Below are positions 1 through 9,989 of a DNA stretch of 32,630 bases, piece after piece. The notes under the pieces are model-generated. The model worked only from the letters and a program-made list of their open reading frames with translations. It did not search any database and was not told the origin of the DNA. Location: contig JBBRPR010000084.1 of NCBI GenBank assembly GCA_038227875.1, forward strand, positions 1-32,630, written 5' to 3'. The position numbers and the translations under genes are program-made. Position 1 is the first letter of the stretch. The number at the start of each line of letters is the position of its first letter. Source of the DNA: Planctomycetota bacterium. Its GTDB lineage: Bacteria; Planctomycetota; SZUA-567; H5-PLA8.

Positions 1-987
1 GGCCGTGGGCCGCTTGACGCCACTGAGCACATACACCACGCCGCCGATCAGGCTGGACATGATGATCACACCGAAGTAGGCCAGCGACAGCGCCATCGCT
101 TCGTCTTTGATGTTGTCGCCCAGCTGGCCCTTGAGCACCGCGCAGAAAATGGCTTCACGCACGCCAATGCCGTTGGACGTGATCGGCAGCAGACCGGCCA
201 CAGCCTGGAATGTGACGATGGTGGCGATCACCATTGGCGAGACGTTGATGTTCATGCCGTATGCCAGCACGATCACCAGCGCGATTTCGCTGAACTGGTA
301 GAGAATCGAGATCAGGAAACTGGGCAGATAGCGGGGCAGCGGCTGGCGGTAGATCTGGACGGAGTCGTGCAACTTTTCAATGCGCGCGCCAATGAAACGC
401 AGGCGCATGCGTTCGGTGGTGAACATCACAACCTTGCAGAAGCTGTCGCTGAACAGCGCCACGTTGGCGGCAATAAAGCCGACGATCAGCAGCAGGAAAA
501 TCGGCCAGATCGGCATGACGTAGAGCTGGTTGGCCCACGTCGCTTCGACGGTGCAAATCTTCGGCGCGGCAATGGAAGCGACCAATCCAATCACCAGCAG
601 CGCCGCCAGGCCGACATTGCGGTCCATGAAGACGGAAGCAACTGCGCTGGTCTTGCTGCCGGTCTTGCGGCCGAGGCCGACGATGCGCCAGACGTCTCCG
701 CCGATGGACGTCGGCAGACACATGTTGAAAAACATGCCGGTGAAATAGACGGGGAACGTGTCTTTGAATTTCGCAGGCCGGCCGCCGAGGGTCGACAATT
801 CCGCCCAGCGGTGCGCGCAGAGCATTTGCCCGAGTTGATCGAGGATCAGAGCGCCGAGCAACAATGACAATGGAAGTTCGGTGAGATGCACCTTGACCGC
901 TGCGAACGAGAGTTCGAGCTTTGACAGCAGCAGATAGACCAGTGCCGCTCCAATGCTCAGTCGCAGTAGCAACTTCCAAGTCGACAT
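1..987 (-). CDS. Lysylphosphatidylglycerol synthase TM-domain / flippase-like (UPF0104/YbhN-type) membrane protein, 3' end beyond window
   Basis: Not in the ORF track because it runs off the edge. Manual translation from ATG 987 gives MSTWKLLLRLSIGAALVYLLL...GMFFNMCLPTSIGGDVWR...VFMDRNVG...LLPITSNGIGVREAIF, which are family motifs; many hydrophobic helices. Confidence 0.85.
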   Translation of the reverse strand, partial: MSTWKLLLRLSIGAALVYLLLSKLELSFAAVKVHLTELPLSLLLGALILDQLGQMLCAHRWAELSTLGGRPAKFKDTFPVYFTGMFFNMCLPTSIGGDVWRIVGLGRKTGSKTSAVASVFMDRNVGLAALLVIGLVASIAAPKICTVEATWANQLYVMPIWPIFLLLIVGFIAANVALFSDSFCKVVMFTTERMRLRFIGARIEKLHDSVQIYRQPLPRYLPSFLISILYQFSEIALVIVLAYGMNINVSPMVIATIVTFQAVAGLLPITSNGIGVREAIFCAVLKGQLGDNIKDEAMALSLAYFGVIIMSSLIGGVVYVLSGVKRPTA

Positions 988-1100
988 ATTACGCTTCCGT
1001 CCTCCGTTGGATCGGATGACTGACGTTTACGACATCAGGAGACTTCAAACAAGTGAAGCGAAAAGGTTAACCGCCGCTTAACCAAAATCAACCCTGAATC

Positions 1101-1130
1101 AAAAACGGACCGGGTTTAAACCGGTCCGTT
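1101..1130 (-). terminator. Rho-independent terminator of the pil operon
   Basis: Perfect 10-bp stem AACGGACCGG/CCGGTCCGTT (1104-1113/1121-1130) running into a U-tract on the minus strand, 50 nt after the stop at 1180. Confidence 0.75.
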
Positions 1131-1179
1131 CCTGACTTCATGTCTCACGAAATAGTATCGGCAGCTGGGAACTGCGACT

Positions 1180-2937
1180 TTAGTAGCCGCGACCGCCACC
1201 ACGTGAACCGGGGCCGGGGCCGCCGTTGGGGGGCGGGGGCGGGCCATTGGGGCCGCCGCCGCCGGCGCCACTGGGCGGACCGTTCGGAGCGCCGCCACCG
1301 TTACCCATGGGACCACCCGCGCCGTTGGGGCCACCGTTGAGTTGGTTGGCTTCCGCTTCGGCTGCGGCGGCCTTCGCCTTGATTTCCGACTCATGAGCCT
1401 TGATGCGTTCGCGAATGACTTCCCACTTCTTCTTCTGTTCTTCGCGCGACTTCTCTTCCTGCTCCGCGAGCTTCTTGATGATTTCGATGCCCTGATCGCG
1501 GCGCTTGAAGTCGTTGCTCTGCGCGTATTCTTCAACCTTGCCGGTTGTCAGTTCCTTGAGCACGGCCACCTTCACCATCACGGAATCCACGATCTTCTTC
1601 TCTTCGTCGTAGATCGGCTTACCCGTGTCCTTGTCCTTCACCTGCACGCCGTCAACCACTCGTGGCGTCCGCTCAACCACTTCGCGCGTGGTGGGCTTCA
1701 TCTTAATTTCTTCCAGTTCGTACTTGGTATCGAACGGATAGTTGACAGGCTTCTTTCCCGACGGCGAGTGGGCTTCGCCCTTGAGCGTATCGTTCTTCGC
1801 GACGGTGATATTGGATTCGCGCCATTCCTGGGCTTCCGTCACCCAGACGCGGACCACGAACATGCCTTTGTAGTTGTCGTTGACCATCGTCGCGCGCGTA
1901 CCGGGTTCGGAGATGGTGCCGTCCGTGCCGGCCAGGCGAATTTCGTATTCCGCCGGCGTGGTCGCGGTGACCGCTTCGCTCAGGGGCATGGCAAACAACA
2001 GCGTCCTCGAGCCGGACTTTGCCGGCGCCACGGATTCCAGGCCCTTCGGCGCCTTGTACACGGTGAAGTGATCGGGCTTGTTGTCCTTGTCCATGTGATC
2101 CGGATAGGGCTTGCCGGGTTCGACATTCAGGCGGGTGATCAGGCGAACCTTGTAGAAGTACGGCGTCTTCGGCGTGACATGGGTGTCGGGGTAAGCCTTG
2201 ACGCCCGCGAATTCGTTCGGCACGTCTTCCTTCTTATCTTTATCACCGCTCTTCGACGCGACGGGAGCCGGAGCGTCCTCCGTGCGGTGCTTGCGGCGGC
2301 GTTCGCCGATGGATTCATTGTCTTCGGTCGGCGCGGCCGTCGAGGTGGCCACGGGATCCTTGGCCAGATCGAGATTCAGCGGCTCTTCCGGATTGTAGTC
2401 GATGACTGTGTTGGGCACCTTTGGATCAATCTTGTCAGCCGACGGTCCGCGGAAGATTTCGACGCGGATGACGTCCATCACATTCTTGTCGCCAAACTTC
2501 TGTGACAGGACCGGCAGTTTGTAGGTCACGTAGACCACGCCGTGATCGGACTTGGCGGCCAGTTCGGTGATGTCGCCGGTCGTCACGTCGACGTACGTCG
2601 TGCGTTCGGAGTCGGACTTGGGCAGGCTTTCCGGATCGAGACCCGGCTTCGACGGTTTGGGGTAGACGACGTACTTCGGCGCTTCAACGCTGTCAGGCAA
2701 GCGCTTGGCGTTGGCCTGGAACGCCTGCAGCGCTTTTACGTTCTCCGTGTTGAAGTGATACGCCGATGAGACTTTTTTGTCGGCGATCACCTGCTGCAGC
2801 TTGGCCTGGTCGGCGCTGAGCTGCGCGAAAGATTCCGGCTCCGTCTCCGAAGAGATGGACGCCATGATGCCGCCGCAGATCAGCAGTATGACCGCGAACA
2901 GGATCTTGCCGCCGTGGTTCATCAGGATCGGTTTCAT
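1180..2937 (-). CDS. Membrane-anchored hypothetical protein of the type IV pilus alignment operon (possible FN3-like segment, coiled coil, Gly/Pro tail)
   Basis: 585 aa with GGAG RBS and N-terminal TM helix; FN3-like 'YPDTHVTPKTPYFYKVR'; co-oriented downstream of pilM and the pilO-like gene. Confidence 0.7.
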   Translation of the reverse strand: MKPILMNHGGKILFAVILLICGGIMASISSETEPESFAQLSADQAKLQQVIADKKVSSAYHFNTENVKALQAFQANAKRLPDSVEAPKYVVYPKPSKPGLDPESLPKSDSERTTYVDVTTGDITELAAKSDHGVVYVTYKLPVLSQKFGDKNVMDVIRVEIFRGPSADKIDPKVPNTVIDYNPEEPLNLDLAKDPVATSTAAPTEDNESIGERRRKHRTEDAPAPVASKSGDKDKKEDVPNEFAGVKAYPDTHVTPKTPYFYKVRLITRLNVEPGKPYPDHMDKDNKPDHFTVYKAPKGLESVAPAKSGSRTLLFAMPLSEAVTATTPAEYEIRLAGTDGTISEPGTRATMVNDNYKGMFVVRVWVTEAQEWRESNITVAKNDTLKGEAHSPSGKKPVNYPFDTKYELEEIKMKPTTREVVERTPRVVDGVQVKDKDTGKPIYDEEKKIVDSVMVKVAVLKELTTGKVEEYAQSNDFKRRDQGIEIIKKLAEQEEKSREEQKKKWEVIRERIKAHESEIKAKAAAAEAEANQLNGGPNGAGGPMGNGGGAPNGPPSGAGGGGPNGPPPPPNGGPGPGSRGGGRGY

Positions 2938-3019
2938 TCCCAGTTTCTCCTTGCGGCCCTGAGGTTCGAAGCGGCCAAAGTCGGATCGGTTTTCAAGTGC
3001 GTCGGGTATGCGTCTAAAT

Positions 3020-4102
3020 TCAGGGCTTCTTCACCGGCGCTGCGGCCGGAGCCGGAGCCGGATTCAGTTCTCTGGCGAACTCCGCGGCCTTCTTTTCGTC
3101 GTATTCGTAGATGTCGAACGAGACCGACACCTTCACCGGACCTTCGCGGTAGTACGAATTGACCAGTGCGTTTTCGGAACCCGGCTTGGCCACGTCTTCA
3201 GCGCGCGGGAAGGGTGAGACCGCGCGGAGCACGTCCACCTTGGTGATGACGGCGTGGTAGCGTTCCGTGTTCTCCAGATCCTTGACCAATGCCGGCACAG
3301 CCACGAACGGCGCGACAAAATCGATTTCGACAGTCGTGAACTTGTACGGCAAGGTGGAGAAGGCGGGAGCCGTGGCACTGGCCTGATCGGCCGTGCGGGC
3401 AGCACGCTGCAGCGCATTATTCTGGCGTTCCTGCGCCAGCTTCAACGCTTCGGCCGGGTCGGAGATCACCAGCGTGTCGATGCGGAGCACTCCAGCATCC
3501 AACTGCTTGGTGCTTTCCGTCCACCACGGGTCGGCGGCGGCCTTGGTAATGTCGACCACGTCCTGCTTGGCCGACTTTTTCAACAGCGTGCCAACCACCT
3601 CTTCAAGGATGGCCATGTGGGTGATGCGATAGGGACGGGTGGCGGCTTCTGACGACGCCTGCTCCATCGTGTGGTTGTCTTTAAAGGTGAGCTTGTCGAA
3701 TTCCGCCGTGGGGAAGCCGATCTTTGCGTCGTTGAGTTTCTTGTACAAATCGTCGCGATGTGCGCTGAGCCAGCCGTCGAAGGGAATCACCGGCACGGGC
3801 GGCTGATCGCTGAACGTCGTATCGATCTTCCAGGCCTTGATTAACGCGGCGAGGTCCTTGATCTGACCTTCCACCTTCTGACGGTAGTCGTTGGCCTTCT
3901 TGACGTGCGCCTCCGTCTTGATGGCGTCGGGCTTGTCGGCATCCAGCGCCAACTTATGTACGTTGCGGACCTTGGCGTCGCATTCTAATTTCTTTTTGTC
4001 CGCCGCTTCAGCGACGTCGGTCACGAACACCGGGTAGGCGATCAGCGCGAGCAGAACGATGGCAGCCAGCACGATCCAGTAGATGTTTTTCTTGAAGTCC
4101 AC
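3020..4102 (-). CDS. PilO-like (Amuc_1100-type) pilus alignment protein
   Basis: GTG start with GGAG RBS; N-terminal TM then coiled coil; C-terminal ferredoxin-like pattern (VEIDFVAPF..VPALVKDLE..VITKVDV..VKVSVSFDIYEY); directly after pilM. Confidence 0.6.
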   Translation of the reverse strand: MDFKKNIYWIVLAAIVLLALIAYPVFVTDVAEAADKKKLECDAKVRNVHKLALDADKPDAIKTEAHVKKANDYRQKVEGQIKDLAALIKAWKIDTTFSDQPPVPVIPFDGWLSAHRDDLYKKLNDAKIGFPTAEFDKLTFKDNHTMEQASSEAATRPYRITHMAILEEVVGTLLKKSAKQDVVDITKAAADPWWTESTKQLDAGVLRIDTLVISDPAEALKLAQERQNNALQRAARTADQASATAPAFSTLPYKFTTVEIDFVAPFVAVPALVKDLENTERYHAVITKVDVLRAVSPFPRAEDVAKPGSENALVNSYYREGPVKVSVSFDIYEYDEKKAAEFARELNPAPAPAAAPVKKP

Positions 4103-4150
4103 GTCAGTCTCCTTGAGTCTCGATTCCGCAGTTCACATCACGCCGCCCGC

Positions 4151-6076
4151 TTACTTCTTCTTATCCTTCTCAGCGGGTGGTGCTTCCGTGGGGTCGAGAT
4201 CCGGATCACTCGGATCATTCCAGCGCATGGGCAAATGGAACGTGGCGTAGGGTGCTTCCGCCTTGGGGGGCGGCAGAGCCTTGGCCAGCGCGCCTTCGTA
4301 GGTGTAGATCATCGGCGATTCGGCGTACTTCGCGCCAATGTCCTGCCAATTGTTGGCGCGCAGGTCCTTGATGGGAGCAAGTCCCTTGAGCACATTTTCC
4401 AGATTGCTCACCGGAGCGCCGCCCTTCGGCGGGTCCTGCAGATATTCGCCGTCGATCACCACCAGCATCGGCACATCCGGGCGAAGTTCAGTGGGCAGCA
4501 TCTTGGGGTCCTGACCGCCGGCCATGGCCTTGTTGTAGATGCTGCTGGATCCCGTCAAATCCTGCGTCGCAATGACGCGCATTTGGAAGTCGCTGGTGCC
4601 CGCTCCGGCGGCACCGCCGCCTGCCGCAGCCTTCACATCGCTGACCTTGCTCAACGGCTGGCGCGAAATGTAAAGACCGGTCAGCCACAGCTTGTTGTCA
4701 CTGTCGGGGCCAAACACCGGCTTGCCGTCCTTTTTCAGATTGGCCAGTTGCGTCAAGGCGCCAAGCACCTTGCCGCGGTCGTGGCCGATGCGCGAGAGGC
4801 GCTTGAGCAGCATTTCGCGCTGCGGCAGATCGGCCGTGGCAGCCGTTTCGTCTCGCGCGAACTTGCCGACGTCTTCTTCAACCTTGGTGACGTCTTCCAG
4901 TTTGCGGGTGTACTTTTCTTCCGTGCCGGACGCATGAACATAGGTGAAGCAGACGGTGGCCACGATCAGCGCCGCCGATGCCGCCGCCCAGACCTTCAGC
5001 TGCTGCAGCGAGGTGTTGATGCGCTTGGATTCGGGGAGCAGATTGAGTTTCAGTTCGCTGACATCCAAGCCCTGGATGCCCAGCCCGATCGCCACGGCCA
5101 TGGTCGGGAATTCGTTGTTCCAGACGTCGGCATTGACGGTGTAGTCGAGCTTGATCTTCTGCAGACCTTCGACCAGCGCGAACGGCGCTTCGCGGACGAG
5201 CGCCTGGAGCGTTTCGGCCATGCCCGGCAGCCGGAACGTGTGGCCCAGCAGGTAGCACTGGTTGAGGCGCTGGCCCTTGGCCTTCGACTTGTAGAAGCCG
5301 ACAGTCTTCTGGATTTCCGATCCCAGCTGACGCAGCGTCGGGTCGATCACGCCGAGGATCTGCTTGGCCTGCGGCGACTGGGAGATGTTCTTCTTGAGCT
5401 CTTCGGCCTTCTCGAACGAGACCTTGAACTTGTTCTCCAGCGCGCGGGTGATTTCGCGGCCGGCGATCTGGATCGGGCGCGAGAAAATCTGGCGCTTGTT
5501 AAGCACCACAAAGTCCGTCGACTTCGATCCGGCGTCGAGCACCAGCGTGGTGCTGTCGGGCTTGAATTCGTAGTTGATGAAGTTGAACAGCGCGACCGAG
5601 GCCGGCACGATGCCGCTGACGTTCAGGCCAAGCCGTTCCAGCATCATCATCAGATCCTGGATGTCGGTCTTGCGCACCGCGAACATCGAGATGCCGACGC
5701 CGTTGGGATCTTCGTAGCGCTCCCAGTTCCATTCCAACTGCTCAATGGGCGTGGGGATCTGCTGCTTCACTTCGTAGGTGACGAGGTCCTTGAGTTTCGT
5801 TTCGGAACCGGGCGGGAGCTGAAATTCCTTCTGCAAGCAGAGGTTGCCCGGGACGGCAATGTAGACCGGATCGGAGCCGAAGCGGTGGTTGGTGATCAGC
5901 GTCTTCATCGCGGCTTCGACGCGGACCAGTGAGTCCTTTTCTTCGCCTTCCGCCGGTTCAGGAAGGTCGATGATGTCGAAGTCGACGATCTTACACTCGG
6001 ATTCCGAGCGGGTCATCTTCACAGCCTTGATGGCCGAGTTGCCGATGTCCAGCCCCCACACCGTCGGTAAAGCCAT
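4151..6076 (-). CDS. pilM: Type IV pilus assembly protein PilM (actin-like) with fused TM + PilN-like C-terminal part
   Basis: Start MALPTVWGLDIGNSAIKAVK with GGGAG RBS; motifs EVKQQIP, LVLDAG, AVAIGLGIQG; then LNLLP followed by TM and coiled coil, the PilN signature. Confidence 0.88.
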   Translation of the reverse strand: MALPTVWGLDIGNSAIKAVKMTRSESECKIVDFDIIDLPEPAEGEEKDSLVRVEAAMKTLITNHRFGSDPVYIAVPGNLCLQKEFQLPPGSETKLKDLVTYEVKQQIPTPIEQLEWNWERYEDPNGVGISMFAVRKTDIQDLMMMLERLGLNVSGIVPASVALFNFINYEFKPDSTTLVLDAGSKSTDFVVLNKRQIFSRPIQIAGREITRALENKFKVSFEKAEELKKNISQSPQAKQILGVIDPTLRQLGSEIQKTVGFYKSKAKGQRLNQCYLLGHTFRLPGMAETLQALVREAPFALVEGLQKIKLDYTVNADVWNNEFPTMAVAIGLGIQGLDVSELKLNLLPESKRINTSLQQLKVWAAASAALIVATVCFTYVHASGTEEKYTRKLEDVTKVEEDVGKFARDETAATADLPQREMLLKRLSRIGHDRGKVLGALTQLANLKKDGKPVFGPDSDNKLWLTGLYISRQPLSKVSDVKAAAGGGAAGAGTSDFQMRVIATQDLTGSSSIYNKAMAGGQDPKMLPTELRPDVPMLVVIDGEYLQDPPKGGAPVSNLENVLKGLAPIKDLRANNWQDIGAKYAESPMIYTYEGALAKALPPPKAEAPYATFHLPMRWNDPSDPDLDPTEAPPAEKDKKK

Positions 6077-6315
6077 AGTAGAAACTCCCGAGTTTACGTT
6101 CTGGAACGCGCTGATCGTACGTTGCGCCACAAAGTGTGTCGAAACGCAGGGTCAATCTGTTGTGCAAAATGTCGCGTCGTTTAAAGGACGGCGGATTACA
6201 GCAGCGAAACGAAGGTGCGTCAAGCAGGAAAATTGTATGCACGTAGTGAGGATGGCGACTTGGAGCCCTGTCGGTCGGAACGAACGCACCTTATAATTGT
6301 CATTTGCGCGCGGCG

Positions 6316-7362
6316 TTAGGTCGATTTTTGAGTGGAGACTCGAGCGGTGGACGCTCGTACGATCAGTTCTGCGGGAAGCAACGTCGACGTGGGCTCCTCG
6401 ATGATCTGCTTGCTGCGTTCGGCCAGGCGTCGCAGGAGCAGTTCGGCGGCCCGACGCCCCAAGTCGTAGCGCGGCTGGCTCACCGTCGTCAGCGGTGGAA
6501 CGGAGTACCGACTTTCTTCCAAGTCGGCAAAGCCCACCACCGAAATATCTTCGGGCACACGCAGTCCCATCAACTTCAGTCCCAGGATGGCGCCAAACGC
6601 GAGGTAGTCGTTGCCGCAAACCAGCGCGGTAAAGTGCGGTGACTGCTGCCTCAGCACGCGGACGGCCTGAGTGCCGGCGGCGACCATATCGCCCACATTG
6701 TCGCCCTCGACCACCGCCTGCGGCGCCAGCGCGAGTCCGGATTCCAGCAGCGCGTCCTTGAAACCCAGCAGTCGCTGCGCGCCCGTGTAGGTCTTCAGGG
6801 GCAAGGCGATGGAGGCCATCTGCCGGTGGCCGAGTTCCACGAGGTGGCGCGTGGCCATCATCGCGCCGCCGCGGTCGTCGACGCCGATGAAATCGCAGCG
6901 CACATTCTTATAGCGCTGGTCAATCGCCACGACCGGGAGGCTCTGCCGGCGGCGCAAATCCTGGAATGCTTCTTCGTTGACGGATTCTTCGACCGGAGCG
7001 ACCACAAACCCGTCAACCCGGCGTTCCAGCATGCGGGCGATCGTGAGCAATTCACGCTGGCTGTTGTGTCCCGGGCAGCTGAAGAACATGCCGTAGTTGG
7101 CTGCGTCGAGAACATCGGAGATAGCTTGGAGAATCTGCGGGTAGAACGAATTGGAAATGTGCGGAAACAGGACGGCGACGGTCATGCTCCGTCCGGACCG
7201 GATAGCGTGGGCGAGCATGTTGCGTTTGTAATTGAGCGCTTCGGCGACTTGGAGAATGCGTTCGGCTTTCTCAGCTTTGACTCCGCCACGCCCCGAAATG
7301 ACCCGCGAGGCGGTGGCTTCGGAGATATTGCAAAGCTTTGCAATTTGCTTCAGATTTGACAT
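6316..7362 (-). CDS. LacI-family transcriptional regulator
   Basis: HTH LKQIAKLCNISEATASRVIS; LNYKRN hinge; PEDISVVGF, PPLTTVSQP and LIVRAST motifs. Confidence 0.96.
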   Translation of the reverse strand: MSNLKQIAKLCNISEATASRVISGRGGVKAEKAERILQVAEALNYKRNMLAHAIRSGRSMTVAVLFPHISNSFYPQILQAISDVLDAANYGMFFSCPGHNSQRELLTIARMLERRVDGFVVAPVEESVNEEAFQDLRRRQSLPVVAIDQRYKNVRCDFIGVDDRGGAMMATRHLVELGHRQMASIALPLKTYTGAQRLLGFKDALLESGLALAPQAVVEGDNVGDMVAAGTQAVRVLRQQSPHFTALVCGNDYLAFGAILGLKLMGLRVPEDISVVGFADLEESRYSVPPLTTVSQPRYDLGRRAAELLLRRLAERSKQIIEEPTSTLLPAELIVRASTARVSTQKST

Positions 7363-7605
7363 CAGGTGAGCCTCTTTCCGCGCCGCATAAGCTTATCTAT
7401 ACTTTATCTATACTGGTTCTTGGGCAGCGTCGCAAGGGAGCATGCTGTTCCGAGCTGAACCGAATTCGATTTCAAGAGGGTCTCGCTGCTCCTGAAGGAA
7501 TGAATCGGCAACGTCAAAAGGCGCAGACAGAAACGTTTTCTGCAATCGTAAATGTTGACCACAAATCATTATTTTTAAATGAATTATGGCTATTTTAATA
7601 GAAAA

Positions 7606-7634
7606 TTGACATCGATTGCAAAATGGGCTATTTT
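7606..7634 (+). promoter_or_regulatory. Sigma70-type promoter (TTGACA-17-TATTTT) overlapped by LacI-type operator TTGACATCGATTGCAA (7606-7621)
   Basis: Perfect -35, 17-nt spacer and 4/6 -10 in an AT-rich gap; CG-centred 12/16 palindrome typical of LacI operators; divergent from lacI. Confidence 0.65.
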
Positions 7635-7674
7635 TAGGCATCAAGATTAAGTCCGACTGCCGGGGGGCATGCAG

Positions 7675-7935
7675 ATGGAAGTTCATTATTGCAACACCTG
7701 TGGTCTGCGGATCACGAGCATTGGGTTTTCCAAAAACTATGTGCGGAATGCCGCCGGTGTCCTGAACTGTAAGAAGTGTTCCTTGGCGCTGCTGCGAGTT
7801 GCGATGGAGACTTCCTCGCAACCAATCCCAACGTCGCTTGGCGCGGTATCGAGTCACAGCGGTCCCATCCATTCGGTTACGTGTGCCCACCCTGATTGGC
7901 AGTCGAGCAGTCCACAAAGGGTCAAACAGCCATGA
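7675..7935 (+). CDS. Small zinc-ribbon protein (CxxC..CxxC); alternative start 7669
   Basis: MEVHYCNTCGLRI...LNCKKC; G-run RBS 7 nt upstream; stop overlaps the next ATG (ATGA 7932-7935); same motif begins the 16056 protein. Confidence 0.65.
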   Translation: MEVHYCNTCGLRITSIGFSKNYVRNAAGVLNCKKCSLALLRVAMETSSQPIPTSLGAVSSHSGPIHSVTCAHPDWQSSSPQRVKQP

Positions 7936-9977
7936 GTGATGCGCTCCCAGCCCATCTGTTGCCGGTCACCGTCACCCCTGACATGTTCGCGTTCCTCACC
8001 GAGTTCGATCAGGCGGAGTGGGGCGACGGCATCCCGTCCTCGCGGGATTACACGACGGTCGAACAGATCCGCGCGCAGGTGCCCACCAACGGCACCCGCG
8101 TCTGGACCGACTACACGCGCGAAAAACTCGAACGCGCGGTGGCGGGCGGGCGCTTTGTCATTGTCGATCTGTGGCTGGGCTCCACGCAGACCGTGCGCCA
8201 TGCCCAGCGCGATGGCGTGCCGTATCAGCAGTACCTCGACGACCGCGTGGCCTGGTTTCGCGAACTCTGGAAAAAGTGGGGCAACCGGGTCTGGTGGTGC
8301 ATCTGCGGCGAACAGGACATCGGCATCAAATTTCCCGATCGGCCGTTCGCGTCGCGCCAGGAAGCGGCCGCGTTTTTCAAGTCCGCGCACTTTGATGCCG
8401 TGACGCCCGCGTTTCCGCCGGATCCAGGATACGGCAAGCTCTCGCTGCGCAAGATGTCCGACTTCGAGATGATGTGGGACCGGTACCACGTCGATTTCAA
8501 GACCGAACCCATCAGCATGCAGATCGCGATGTGTTTCGACGCTCACGTCTCCTTCGAGTGGGGATGCGGCCTGGTCTGGCTGGAACGCAACGTCTATCTG
8601 ACCAACAACCAGGTGGGTATCGCTTTCTTGCGCGGCGCAGCGCGGCAGTACGGCGGACTCTTGGGACTCGATTTTTCCTCCTGGGGCGACCCGACCCGCA
8701 TGACCTGCCACTTCGGCTCCGATGGCAAACGCCGCGGCGGCATGTCGGAAAACCTGTTGCTGCGCGAATGGGTTCACGCGTTTTACGCCGGCGCCAATTC
8801 GCTCCTGGCCGAATCCAGCGCCGCCTGCGCCTGGATGGACGACGGTCAGGGCGGACTGAAATTGTCGCCCTACGGAGTGAACTGCAAAAAGTTCGGCGAG
8901 TTCTCGCTGCTGCGCCATCCTCAGCGTGGCACGCCGCATATTCCCATGGCGCTGATGCTCGAGCACGATCACGGTTGGGAACCGCGCGACCGCATCATCT
9001 GGGGCGGCACCGTTCCGTACTCCGACGCCGACGAGATGATCGACAACTTCACCGCGCTGGCCTGGCCCGGTCACGATCGTGGCTTCTATCAGGACGAATG
9101 GGTGCGGCCGGGATGTTCGCCGCAGTTCCCCTTCAGCACGACGAATATTCAAGACGCGCGCGCCGCATTGAACCGCGGCGTGGACACCCGGCCGCTCGAA
9201 AAGGGCATGCTGGTCGGGAGCACCTGGGGCGACGCGTTCGACTTCGTCCTCGAAAATTGCCCGCTGGACGTCCTCGCGAAGTATCCGATCGTCCTGTTGC
9301 TCGGCGGAATCCGGCTGACCTCGGCGCTCAAGGAAAAGCTCGACGCTTACGTTCGTGGCGGCGGCACTGTGGTCGCGAATTCCGAGCAGACCGATACCGA
9401 ACACGACGCCTGGTTCGGCGTCGCGTGCGACCGCGAGCGGCTGTACATGGATTACAATTACACCGTCTCGTGGTCGGGTAAGCAGTACGACCTGGGGCGC
9501 GCGCGCCACCGCGACTTGAAAATCGTTTCTCCCGACACCGTCGGTGTCGCCACGTGTTACGGAAAGGCCGACAAGCCGGTGATCACCGAGCGGAAACTCG
9601 GCAAAGGCAAACTGTACTTTAGCGCATTTCCGTTCATGCAGCACAAGACGCGGAGTGAATTCTCGCCGGTCTGCAAAGACTTCGTCGATTTTCTGATCCG
9701 CCCGACGTTGCGCGTGGATGTGCAAGGCGAAAAACCGGTCGGCTACCAGACCAATCTGCTCGACGATGGCGTGATCGTCACGTTGATCAACAGCACGCCC
9801 GAACATTGGCGCGGATCGATCATCGCCTTGGATTCGCGACTCGAACCCGCCCGTGCGATGGAACTCTGGACGGATACGGCAGTCTTGCCGGCCTCTGTTT
9901 CTGAGCACACGCTGGCCGTCGCCCTCGATCCCTTCGCCTTTGCCATCATTCGAATTCCAAACAGAGCGCAACACTAA
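7932..9977 (+). CDS. Putative glycoside hydrolase-like protein (TIM-barrel-like N-half, GH42-type trimerisation domain)
   Basis: 681 aa from the coupled ATG; aromatic-rich; 'YPIVLLLGG..LTSALKEKLDAYVRGGGTVV' and 'ERKLGKGKLYF' are typical of the trimerisation domain; no obvious signal peptide; in operon with GH2. Confidence 0.55.
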   Translation: MSDALPAHLLPVTVTPDMFAFLTEFDQAEWGDGIPSSRDYTTVEQIRAQVPTNGTRVWTDYTREKLERAVAGGRFVIVDLWLGSTQTVRHAQRDGVPYQQYLDDRVAWFRELWKKWGNRVWWCICGEQDIGIKFPDRPFASRQEAAAFFKSAHFDAVTPAFPPDPGYGKLSLRKMSDFEMMWDRYHVDFKTEPISMQIAMCFDAHVSFEWGCGLVWLERNVYLTNNQVGIAFLRGAARQYGGLLGLDFSSWGDPTRMTCHFGSDGKRRGGMSENLLLREWVHAFYAGANSLLAESSAACAWMDDGQGGLKLSPYGVNCKKFGEFSLLRHPQRGTPHIPMALMLEHDHGWEPRDRIIWGGTVPYSDADEMIDNFTALAWPGHDRGFYQDEWVRPGCSPQFPFSTTNIQDARAALNRGVDTRPLEKGMLVGSTWGDAFDFVLENCPLDVLAKYPIVLLLGGIRLTSALKEKLDAYVRGGGTVVANSEQTDTEHDAWFGVACDRERLYMDYNYTVSWSGKQYDLGRARHRDLKIVSPDTVGVATCYGKADKPVITERKLGKGKLYFSAFPFMQHKTRSEFSPVCKDFVDFLIRPTLRVDVQGEKPVGYQTNLLDDGVIVTLINSTPEHWRGSIIALDSRLEPARAMELWTDTAVLPASVSEHTLAVALDPFAFAIIRIPNRAQH

Positions 9978-9989
9978 TAAGGGATCGCC

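Noticed and set aside
1180..1340. GC-rich short repeats
   Set aside because: They encode the Gly/Pro/Asn low-complexity tail; not CRISPR or a DNA repeat element.
1342..5932. Long plus-strand ORFs (387 aa, 565 aa)
   Set aside because: Antisense shadows of the pil operon.
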